The position numbers and the translations under genes were made by a program. Under the pieces are notes generated by a model. That model did no database searches, was not told the origin of the DNA, and saw nothing but the letters and a program-made list of their open reading frames with translations. Shown piece by piece: positions 37,501-48,478 of a stretch of DNA of 64,000 nucleotides (positions within the stretch are counted from its first letter, which is position 1; every line of letters starts with the position of its first letter). This DNA is from Haliotis rufescens (Eukaryota), in contig NW_025964390.1 of the NCBI RefSeq assembly GCF_023055435.1, positions 930,001 through 994,000 of the forward strand. Direction: 5' to 3'.

Positions 37501-38208
37501 TCATGTGTTATATGCACCCTTAATTATGGGCAATTAAATTCTGAAAAAATATATCTGTCATATATAAACATTTCAGGCTGTCAGCATAGACCACAAAATT
37601 TATCCTTCAACTGTGTTTTTTTCCGACAAAATAATATTCTAATAAGAGCCCCTTTTTCTAATTTTGAGAGCGCCCTGGGCACTTATTACGTCGAATACAG
37701 TATATCTGTTATACATTGTCTATTACATCTAATAAAAGACACAACTTTTTCTGATTTCTATGGTGTTTTTTTCACATTTCACCAATGTGATGAAAATCTA
37801 CATCCAATCCCAGGGACAACATTGTTATAGACATAATGTAGAAAAACTGATAAACATGATGCACGCTGAGTGAAATGATGAGTATGACAGTGACAAACCT
37901 AGAAGCATAATCAGATTAAACTGAGATTCAAACCCAAGATCATAGGCTGCCCTGGAAAATGTAAGGTGAGTGAGGATAGTTTTATGCCGCTTGTAGCAAT
38001 ATTCCATCTATATCATGGCGGGGGACACCAGAAATAGGCCTCACACATTGTACCTAAGTGGGAATCGAACACGGGTCTCTGGCATGACGAACGAATGCAC
38101 CGCTAGGCTTCCCCGCCGCCACTGAAACGTGTCCGGGATCCAATGCTATAATAATAAAACTGGACTGGGCCTTCGTGTGACCCGCTGTCATGTCTCGGAC
38201 GTCTGATG

Positions 38209-38693
38209 CAGCGTTCCCGCTGGCTTTTGAAACTGCCAGTCCTGGTGGACTGCCAACACTTCTAAAAATGACCAGTCCCATCCTAATTTTTGTCAGTCCC
38301 AACTTTCAACAATTAAAAAAACGTGTAAAAATGATCCGTGTTTAATTCATTCAACATGACATGATTTCTTAAGTCACTTAATTAGATCTACACATCATTC
38401 ACAGTCACTATTATCTCTTTTTTTAATATTTCAAGTCACTACAAATATATATTTAACCTCGAACCAAAGCAAAATGTTATTTCCTTTCACTAAAAATAGA
38501 CAAGGGGAAACCCTGAAGGTAACAGACGAGTTGACTTCATCGAAAAATATACTTATATGAATAACGCTGATGTTTTGTTCAACAAAGATTTTTAAGGTAC
38601 TTTATTTGCCGGTCCACAGGGACTGGCAGTCACATGAATTACCGGTCCAAGCCAAATTTACCGGAACAAAATTACCGGTAAACGGGAACACTG
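38209..38693. mobile_element. Putative hAT-like MITE
   Basis: Short TIR cagcgttcccg / cgggaacactg flanked by the direct repeat ctgatg, with sub-terminal accgg repeats. Confidence 0.45.
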
Positions 38694-41084
38694 CTGATGA
38701 TGAAAGTGAGGGGAATAGGACGCAGGATGAAATAGGATTACAGTTTTAGGCCGAGATTAATATTTCTGATGATGCCTCATACTTTCATGGATACATTTCC
38801 CACAGTACCAGATCACCCTATACATGTCTACATCACAGAGCCTGGCATTTAAACTATCAACAAGCAGATGGCAGATCAACAAGTGTGGTAAGAGAAAAGA
38901 TTGGTAATCAAAATTTAAACCTTAGTTATCAAGTTATTATCATGATTATCAGAAGCAGATTTTACTCAAACTGCATCAAATATGATAACCATGATGATAA
39001 CCAACACATGATTATGATGATGCTGATGATGATGCAAGTATTGCAATGATGAGATTATTAGACCAGAACTGTGTTTCTCAACAGCAACATTACCCTCGAT
39101 CATCCAGTGTATCATCATATCTCCATTCCACTAGGCTTAAAAAAATAAAAGAATTGGTTCTCAGGCCATGGCTTTTGAAAATAAAGTCTGGGAAGGCGGT
39201 GTGTTTTTTGTTTGTTTTTTGTTTTGTTATTTGGGGTTTGTGTGTGTGTGTTCAAACCAGTATGTAATTAAATAAACAGATGTGTACAATCAACCTAGGA
39301 AAGGGCCTCCCTACATAAATGTTTTCCTGGAGGAGTAAAATACTGGAATACAGTATTTGGCTACTGATGGACGTGGTTTTTTTAAACATGGAAATAAAAA
39401 TGAAACAGTTGACAAACTTTATGATGATATGGGCGGTGCCTGAGAATCAAGACTATTATTTTTTTAGCCTCATCAGCATTAGAAATTGACACTAGTCCCA
39501 TTGTCCTTGCCACACTGCCCCATAGTAAAGGCAATCTCATTAAAATCATATCTTAGTTCTGGCTATTGCTAAACAAAGATCTGAGGACATCCCATAACGG
39601 GTCACGTCAGAACGACCTTTCATCTGACCAATCAAAGCGTCGCTTACCAGATCATGAAAGTGACAGACAGAGTTTTCTAATCATGCAACCTCATAAAGGT
39701 TAACATGACAGTTACGGCCCGTACGACTGATTCTGTCAAAATTATCATCTTTTGCTTCCGTGGGATAAACATTTGAACGGAGGAGGTGTTGCACAGTTGA
39801 TGGGAAGCACTGCCATACAATCGCAACCATATGTTAGACATTCCGGAATGTTGTTAAAATCGAGAACTGTGTCAACATATTATTCAAGCGTAGTCAGAAA
39901 TGGAAGTCGCCAGGTTGAAACGAACAGTAAAGCTTGAGAAAGCTGCTTTCTAATTGGTTGATGTTGACTTCTTGTTAGTTGTTTCAGTAGTTGGTCAAAG
40001 TTTGTGAAAGGTCGTTCTGACGTGACCCGTAATGGGATGTCCTCAGATCTTTGATATGAGAACTTAGATATGATTTTAATGAGATTGTAGTTAAGATATC
40101 ATAGGAACCAATAGAAATTTGCTAGTAGACTATAAGTAAAACAGTGAGTTTCTATTGCTGCATTACAATATGCTGGCTAATCCACAGATATTAGATAAAC
40201 ATGACATATTACATGTATTAGAAATAACAAAATGACAATTCATAAGTCAATACATGCACATATTTATCCTGTAAACAATGGCAAATCATAGAACAAGGTA
40301 GACATGGTAGAATTGAAACACTTTCAGGAAAATGATGATGATGAGGATGAGGATGAAACTCCCATGACTTCCCTAACAAGTGGAATACCAACTTCATGCA
40401 AAACATCCCCTTTTAATGTTTAGGCCTAATTAAACATAATGTTGTTTGGATGACAATAAATTTAAAAACATTGATCAAGAACTACTGGTAAACATGCTTT
40501 CATGCCTGATTTGTTCGGTCACAAGCCGCAAGTACCATTGACATATAGTTGGAATCGGTATCTTACATTAGGCTCCATCGGGTCATTAGACACTGTTAGA
40601 ACCACATGGATATATTTAGGCCTTAACATGCTTATAGTGAGTGAGTATGCTTTGTATGCCTCTTTTAGCAATATTCCAGCAACATCATGACAGGGGATAC
40701 CAGAAATGGGCTTCACACATGGGCATCGAACCCAGTTTTCTTGCATGACAAGCAAAAGCCATAACCACTGATAACCATGATAACACCTGATGTATGTTCC
40801 CCATGTTCCTTCTGCAGACAGACATTGAACCTCAAACAAGTAAACTACTGTCAGTTATGATAGTACATAAACAAAGATATTGATGGTAAATGTAGTAAAC
40901 ATGACCAGTACATCATCAGTACATATTCAGTACATCATCATGATCATTGTTGTTTTGTATGTTGATTATGTTGACAGTGCTTTTTCCAAGTTTCTAATGG
41001 AACAAAGTCGGCAAAATATGTAACTCTAAAAAGTAATCAAAATTCCCCCAAAGCCATGTTCATAATGAAATGTGAAAACATGGC

Positions 41085-42479
41085 TTACTTATCAATTAAT
41101 GTTCGTCCTAGAAAGTAGAGCTCAATATCTTCCAACGACTTTCCCTTGGTCTCTGGAAGATATTTCCAGACAAACATTACCGACATCAAACAAAACATAG
41201 CGAACAGATAAAAGGTTCCATCTTGTCCAAGAATCGTTTGCATCGTCATGAATTCTTTAGTGACCACAAAAGCCACCAGCCAGTTACCAAGGATTGCGAT
41301 TGAACTTGCAGCTCCTCTTGCACGGGAGGGAAATATTTCAGACATAACAAGCATAGGAATCGGTCCCCATCCCAAAGAAAAGCCAACAATATAGATCATG
41401 AGTGAGCAGACAGGTAGCCATGTTTTCATGGTACTGTTCAAGGAATTGCTGGCTTGCAACTTGTAGTACAGTCCAAACATGAAGAGAGTTGCTGACATGA
41501 TTAATCCAGCGATGATCAAAAGCTTCCTTCGTCCAGCTCGATCCATCAGGAGGCAGGCAGCAAAGGTAGCAACAACTTGGATAGCACCAACAGCCACAGT
41601 AGCACCATGGGCAAGGTCTGGAATTGCTGTTTCGAATATTGACACGGTGTAGAACATAACTGCATTGATTCCGCTAAGCTGTTGGAATACGAAAACAGTA
41701 AGTGCAATGAAGAGAGGTCTGGACAGTTCCGGTTTCTGCAGAAATTCCGACCAAGCAAAGTCCTCTTGTGGATCAAGGCCTTCTTCGATGTCTCTGCATT
41801 CCTCCTGAACGTCCATATGCGAGTCACGTAGGGCCTTCAAGGCCTGGATAGCTTCAGCCTTCTGGTTTCTCCCAAGCAACCATCGGGGCGTTTCTGGGAT
41901 GAAGAATGACATGACTAGAGCTGTGACCGCTTGTATGGCACCTATGAGTGCCAGGCCTCGCCAGTCAAAGTGAAGTCCACAGGCATATGCCAGCAATATT
42001 CCGACTGTTATGAAAAGTTGAGTACATGATCCGAGAACACCTCTCATGGATTTGGTGGAAATTTCAGCAATGTAAACTGGTACACAAACTGTCACGAGTC
42101 CCGAGGAGAATCCGGTTAGAAATCGTCCAGCATAAAGGTACGTTAACGTTGATGACGTCAGCATCGCAACCCAACCCAATAAGAACGGAACAGTTGCTAT
42201 AATTAAAGATTTGCGTCTTCCAAACTTCTCAATGCAATATCCGCCCGATGGGCCCCCGAGTATTGCTCCAACTGTCATCAGCGATCCAAACCATCCTGCA
42301 TTTTGCTTGTTCAAAACACCACTTTTTATCATGCTCGGAATTGCCGGAGAACTGTAACCGATAACATATCCAAAACACAACGCTCCCAGACATGCTATGA
42401 GAGTTGTCCAAATCAAACGACGAGGAGATCCTTCGTATTTTGACTGCACCAAACGAGCTCCAGCTTCTAGCGAAGCCAT
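41085..42479 (-). CDS. SLC2A8: GLUT8/Tret1-like class III facilitative sugar transporter (MFS sugar porter), copy 1, intron-less CDS, 464 aa
   Basis: Single ORF with 12 hydrophobic segments and the motifs GYSSPAIP, WFGSL, FGRRK, PVYIAEI, PETPRWL, QQLSGINAVMFY, DRAGRR, GWGPIP, SEIFP and LPETKGKSLE. Short loop 1 and an N-S-T sequon in loop 9 give the class III pattern. The symbol denotes family-level orthology. Confidence 0.93.
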   Translation of the reverse strand: MASLEAGARLVQSKYEGSPRRLIWTTLIACLGALCFGYVIGYSSPAIPSMIKSGVLNKQNAGWFGSLMTVGAILGGPSGGYCIEKFGRRKSLIIATVPFLLGWVAMLTSSTLTYLYAGRFLTGFSSGLVTVCVPVYIAEISTKSMRGVLGSCTQLFITVGILLAYACGLHFDWRGLALIGAIQAVTALVMSFFIPETPRWLLGRNQKAEAIQALKALRDSHMDVQEECRDIEEGLDPQEDFAWSEFLQKPELSRPLFIALTVFVFQQLSGINAVMFYTVSIFETAIPDLAHGATVAVGAIQVVATFAACLLMDRAGRRKLLIIAGLIMSATLFMFGLYYKLQASNSLNSTMKTWLPVCSLMIYIVGFSLGWGPIPMLVMSEIFPSRARGAASSIAILGNWLVAFVVTKEFMTMQTILGQDGTFYLFAMFCLMSVMFVWKYLPETKGKSLEDIELYFLGRTLIDK

Positions 42480-42679
42480 TTTGTTTCTGTATGAGAGCTC
42501 CTTCCCGCGATTGATAGGACTCGCTCACTCGTGTGCTGCCACGCAACAATCACAAATGAAGTTAGAAGTTGATAGTGAGCGAAAGGCGATTTCAAACGTT
42601 CGACGTGTCAACACAGACCCAGCTGTAGATTTTCGACCGACCTACTTTTATAGTAATGCTCGAGATTAACAGATTAAAT

Positions 42680-42720
42680 CAGATTTATCACGTGATCTGA
42701 GAACTTGTGAAACACGTGGA
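42680..42720 (-). promoter_or_regulatory. Paired E-boxes upstream of GLUT8 copy 1
   Basis: TCACGTGA at 42688-42695 and CACGTG at 42713-42718, ~210-240 bp upstream of the ATG in a CpG-enriched patch. Confidence 0.45.
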
Positions 42721-44119
42721 GACAAGGAATTTGCAATACTACACTTACAAGCTTATTTGATATGCATCGTCGGATCGTTCATACTATATATATAGGATTC
42801 GATTTATGTCCCCCACTGATAGAGGAATTTTTTTTATAGTTTATATAGATATCTACAGAACCACGAAGTGTTGGATACTATCACTTATTTACTTGTTTGT
42901 TTGTTTGTTGTTTAACGCCGCACTCAGCAATATTTCAACTATATGACGGCAGTCTGTAAATAATCAAGTCTGGACCAGACAATCCAGTGATTTTCATCAT
43001 TAGCATATGTTTTTTTTTATGTTTCTGAATATTTAAGAATTATCAGTAAACTGAAGCTATGCTCATTAAAAAATATTTTAGCGTGCTCTTAAGAATAATC
43101 TTAACAATATCCAGTATGTCGGCATTTGATGAGGTGCACCTGCATCGGTTGGGCCCTTTCAGACCTTATATTCAGATACTGAACTAAGCCAACATTAACG
43201 TCTCGATAATACGGAAGCCCATTAAGGCTACAACATTTTCTTAAATCTTGAAAATTCAAGTTATCTTGAATTTTCAAGATTGTAAAAATGGCATAGGTCC
43301 AATGTGCCTCGGTACGATAGAGCAGGTATATTATTCGTGACAGATTTAATCAATAAAATTAATATAGAAGTAGTTGCTGGAAAAACAACAATTTTTACGA
43401 AATAAAGCAGCTGGACTTTCCTGGGATTTTGTTTTGGGGAATTGCGTCACACTGATTTTTTATATTTTCATGGCACAACAAGGAGTGAAAATATCATCTT
43501 TGTCGGATAAACATGTCATTTGACAATGAAAAACTAACGTTCTATTTATCATGCGTTTTCTTAATGATCTTCACGGTTTTCTCATAAAAAAACATAGTGT
43601 CATTGGAACAGACTCCAAGTGGTTCCGGCATTACGCTTTAGTTCACTCGAGGGAGATCTGGTTAATTGGTTGGTTTGTTGTTTTACGCCGCTCTCAGCAA
43701 TATTACAGCTATATGATGTAAATAATGTCTGTAAATAATCGAGTCTAGACCAGACAATCCAGTGAATGATATCATGAGCATCGATCTTCAACCAAGTCAG
43801 CGAGCCTGACCAAACGATCCCTTTAGTCGCCTCTTACGACAAGCATAGTCGCCTTTCACGGCAAGCAAGGGTTCTACCTCGGATCTTCAGGGGTGTACAC
43901 TCGAGGAAGATGTCGATTTATATTTTCAGATGCTCATGATACCAATCACTGGATTGTCTGGTCCAGACTCAATTACTTACGCCGTCATACAGCTGGAATA
44001 TCGCTCAGTGCGGCGTTTAACAAACAAATGTTTTCAGACAAATACAATCTCTAGCCACTTAGCCTTTATTCATTATAAAAGCATGTATGCCAACGCCACA
44101 TCTGCATACTGCCGCTTCC

Positions 44120-44379
44120 GATATTGTGACGTCATATTCGTATGACGTCACCATTTCATGCAATTGAATCAATATGTATTTGTCTCCCTGTTCTGAATAG
44201 AATCAATTATTATAAAGACTTATAAAGGGATGATGGGGGATTATACATAATTACGATGTCCAAGCTAAATATGTGCATACATAAATACACGCAACATATG
44301 TTATGACGTCATAATGGTAGCGCGTTACCTTTGACCTTAGAACAGACAGAACCGCCCGAGCAGCCAAGACAGTGTGAGT
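44120..44379 (+). promoter_or_regulatory. Candidate promoter and non-coding first exon of GLUT8 copy 2 (paralogous to 50670-51290)
   Basis: TGACGTCA at 44127, 44143 and 44304 (the last inside palindrome TTATGACGTCATAA), DR1-like TTACCTTTGACCT at 44325-44337 and donor-like CAGT|GTGAGT at 44374. The 44143 site is mutated in the copy 3 flank; the rest are conserved there (50677, 51215, donor 51285). Confidence 0.4.
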
Positions 44380-45453
44380 GTACTTTTCATCAAGGGGATT
44401 CTTACTCAAGTCTCACTGGTATGTTATATAGACATAATTTAATACACACGATGTGAGGTGCATGCTGGTTGTTAAAACAAATTCTGAAAAGATAATATTG
44501 CTCTAATTGATATTAACACAGATCATATGAAATTCGTCGCTATATAAGTGCAATAATCTTGGACGCGACGTTAAACCCCATTTCACCTCACCTCATATGA
44601 AATTCCTGTTGTTTATCAATGACAAATTCCCACAAATTTACAAAAGTTACAGTAACATTACTCTAATTTCCCCAGTGGGGTCAGAATTGTAGCCCAGAAA
44701 CCTATGCGTCTTAATGGAACTGGGTGTATCCCTGCGGCGTGGGACGTTGTTCGTAATATCAATCACTAGTTTGTCTGACACAGACGATTATTTGCAGATC
44801 GACGTCATACAGCTTGAGTATTGCTGGGTGTGACCTTTGACAAAGCAAACAAACAATGAAAAATAATAATTTCACAATAACGGTCCTACGTGTCCTGTCA
44901 ATCACAGCCGACTATGCGTGTCGTAAGAGGCGACTAACGGGACGGGCTCGCTGACTTGGTTGATGTATGTCATCGTATCACAATAAATAGTGTTGATCGA
45001 TGCTCATGATATCAATCACTGGATTGGCTGGTCCAGACGCCGTTATTTTTAGCCCACCGTCAAATAGTTGGAATATTGCTGGAAGCTGGAAGTGCGGCGT
45101 TATACAGACAAAAAGACAAACAAACAAACAAACAACCAAACAAACAAGACATCATCTATAGTGATGCAGGTCTAAGACGTTCAACACTTTGGTCAAACCC
45201 ACGAGCACAGGTATCGTGCTGACAAACCTAGAAAAATATTCAGGGCGTATCTTGGATTCGAACTCTCGAATATAGGTTCCTGGCACACCTAAGGGATGCA
45301 ATTCTGCATTGCGGCGCTTTAGAGGACAGGGCTATCCGTGTCCCCAAGTGGTGAGCTAAGCTTGTTCCGTATATCTCCCTCAGTGATCGGCATGCGCTGT
45401 TATTGTCTCCCCACATGTTGCAAATATCATATGAACTTTCAATCAGACACAAT

Positions 45454-46857
45454 ATGGCTTCGCTACGAACTGGAGCTCGCTTGTTGCAGGCAAAACGTGA
45501 AGGGACCCCTCGTCGTTTGGTCTGGACGACTGTCATAGCATGTCTAGGAGCGTTGTGTTTTGGATATGTTCTCGGATACAGCTCACCAGCAATTCCGAGC
45601 ATGATAAAAAGTGGTGTTTTGAACAAGCAAAATGCAGGATGGTTTGGATCGCTGATGACGGTTGGAGAAATATTCGGGGGCTCTTCAGGCGGATGGTGTA
45701 TTGAGAAGTTTGGTAGACGCAAATCTCTAATGATAGCGTCTGTTCCGTTCTTATTGGGTTGGGTTGTGATGCTGTCGTCATCAACGTTAACGTACCTTTA
45801 TGCTGGACGATTTCTTACCGGATTCTCCTCAGGACTTGTGACAGTTTGTGTTCCAGTTTACATTGCTGAAATTTCCACCAAATCCATGAGAGGTGTTCTC
45901 GGATCATGTACTCAACTTTTCATAACAATCGGAGTATTGCTGGCATATGCCTGTGGACTTCACTTTGACTGGCGAGGCCTGGCACTCATAGGTGCCATAC
46001 AAGCGGTCTTAGCTCTAGTCATGTCATTCCTCATCCCAGAAACACCCCGATGGTTGCTTGGGAGAAACCAGAAGGCTGAAGCCATCCAGGCCTTGAAGGC
46101 CCTACGTGACTCGCATATGGACGTTCAGGAGGAATGCAGAGACATCGAAGAAGGCCTTGATCCACAAGAGGACTTTGCTTGGTCGGGATTTCTTCAGAAA
46201 CCGGAACTGTCCAGACCTCTCTTCATTGCACTTATGCTTTTCACATTCCAACAGCTTAGCGGGATTTCCGCAGTCACCTTCTACACTGTGTTAATGTTTG
46301 AATCAGGAATTCCAGACCTTGCCCATGGTGCTACTGTAGCTGTTGGTGCTATCCAAGTTGTTGCTACGTTTGCTGCCTGCCTCCTGATGGATCGAGCTGG
46401 ACGAAGGAAGCTTTTGATCATCGCTGGAATAATCATGTCAGCATCTCTCTTCATATTTGGGTTGTACTACAAGTTGCAAGCCAGCAATTCCTTGAGCAGT
46501 ACCATGAACACATGGCTACCCGTCTGCTCACTCATGATCTATATTGTTGGCTTTTCTTTGGGATGGGGACCGATTCCTATGCTTGTTATGTCTGAAATAT
46601 TTCCCTCCCGTGCAAGAGGAGCTGCAAGTTCAATCGCAATCCTTGGTAACTGGCTGGTGGCTTTTGTGGTCACTAAAGAATTCATGACGATGCAAACGAT
46701 TCTTGGACAAGATGGAACCTTTTATCTGTTCGCTATGTTTTGTTTGATGTCGGTAATGTTTGTCTGGAAATATCTTCCAGAGACCAAGGGAAAGTCGTTG
46801 GAAGAAATCGAACATTACTTTCATGAAAAAACATTAATGAAAAAGTCTATTTTGTAA
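45454..46857 (+). CDS. SLC2A8: GLUT8-like sugar transporter, copy 2, intron-less CDS, 467 aa (in-frame upstream ATG at 45415)
   Basis: Near-identical paralogue of copy 1; start chosen by alignment to the copy 1 Met. TM7 reads QQLSGISAVTFY, TM2 reads VGEIFGGSSGG, and the loop-9 sequon is lost (NSLSSTMNTW). Confidence 0.9.
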   Translation: MASLRTGARLLQAKREGTPRRLVWTTVIACLGALCFGYVLGYSSPAIPSMIKSGVLNKQNAGWFGSLMTVGEIFGGSSGGWCIEKFGRRKSLMIASVPFLLGWVVMLSSSTLTYLYAGRFLTGFSSGLVTVCVPVYIAEISTKSMRGVLGSCTQLFITIGVLLAYACGLHFDWRGLALIGAIQAVLALVMSFLIPETPRWLLGRNQKAEAIQALKALRDSHMDVQEECRDIEEGLDPQEDFAWSGFLQKPELSRPLFIALMLFTFQQLSGISAVTFYTVLMFESGIPDLAHGATVAVGAIQVVATFAACLLMDRAGRRKLLIIAGIIMSASLFIFGLYYKLQASNSLSSTMNTWLPVCSLMIYIVGFSLGWGPIPMLVMSEIFPSRARGAASSIAILGNWLVAFVVTKEFMTMQTILGQDGTFYLFAMFCLMSVMFVWKYLPETKGKSLEEIEHYFHEKTLMKKSIL

Positions 46858-47082
46858 TGTAATACAGAATGTTTGCTATCACTATTCAGTACGATATTTG
46901 AAGTCATTATATATGTTTTATTTATTTCAGTTTGAACATGATATACTACAAATACATAATTTATCAGAATGTGTATTAAACACATGCTACATATGTTTCT
47001 CTCTACCTCTTTGTTTAGCATTGTGTAAAAAATGTTTTGTCAGCAAAAGATAAAATCTAAATATACGAAATGGACTGACATC

Positions 47083-47085
<3 letters not shown>

Positions 47086-47146
<61 letters not shown>
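47086..47146. repeat. (TA)n microsatellite (others at 48435-48476 and 54177-54194)
   Basis: Direct reading of the sequence. Confidence 0.98.
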
Positions 47147-47149
<3 letters not shown>

Positions 47150-48433
47150 TTTTGAGCTGTCATTATCAGTATAGCTTCATATATTTGAAAACATAACATA
47201 ACTATTAATGTATATTGTTTTTGTAATAAGGCAAGCATTAATCAAGTCATATTTCATCGGTATTTCCCGCACCGAGGGAAATAGCGATTAAGTGGACGAA
47301 GTTGGTATTTCTGATGTCAAGAAGCTACACATTTCATATACATCTATTTATGTACATCTTCTGGGGAAGCCAGTATGATTTCTTATTTGTTTGGGCAAAT
47401 CTCTGTAATTTAGTAATGTATTAAGGGCATTGGCATTAGGATGTTGTACAGAAAATTTCGGTTAACTAAAGCATGTGATGATAATCTGATGGTCAAAATT
47501 AACTATACCTCTCAGTTGATTTAATATTTTGATTTTTAAATGAATATTTCTTAAGTTACCGATATTATATCCAAAAACATCCTTTACTGGCGTATAGTCA
47601 GCACTTAAAGAATACTTCCACATGGTTTTATTTTTTAAAATTAAAATTTAATTTAAAGCTTTTAAAAGTTAAGAATAATCGCATTATACACATTTATGTG
47701 TGGGTATCGAATTTACCACATTTCAAACATGGTAGGGGTTATGTTTTCATTTCCTACAACCCCCTCCAGCCTTCACTGAAACTGTAATTTATTTTACACA
47801 AAATTATCCACATTACCTTATGCAAACTTTGCAGGATTGGTCTGTGGTTAAACAGATATAATCAACAGTGACAACAGTTCCTTCAGTTTTCAATTAAATA
47901 AAAAACCAAACTCGGTATACTTTCTTTTGCCCCTAAGTTTACCTACGATGTAGCTCTAGACGGTGGACACATTTTATAAGGGACAGCATTTTTTATTTCA
48001 AACTGTGAGTGTGAATAAGTGAGTTGGAATAACGCCGCTTTGAACAGTATTTCAATTATATCCCTGCGTGACAGCTAAATGTGGGAGACATTTGATATAT
48101 TTTTAATTTTTGCCCGAATTAATAAAACGAAATCAGATGTTAGGGGAAATATTGAAATGAAAAGAATATTTCATACTGGACGTTATTTCTCCCTCGGTTG
48201 TTAGTATGGCACGGATATATAATGACAGATCCCTGGTCCAGGCCTGTCAAAGGATACCCGTGTATCGCCGACTTTGTAATCCTAGTTTTAATTTTGTTAT
48301 AGTTTAAAAGATGTTCAGATATTTTCCTGTTGATATTTTAACCATGTTTACATCCTCAATCCGTTAGATCCCTAACATATTTAGATTTTAGGATGTTGAT
48401 ATTTGTGGGGTATATATACATACACACACACAC

Positions 48434-48478
<45 letters not shown>

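Noticed and set aside
45240-45722. Antisense and alternate-frame ORFs over the GLUT8 copies (also 52260-52574, 42397-42669, 41546-41827)
   Set aside because: Shadows of the transporter CDS, conserved only because the CDS is duplicated.
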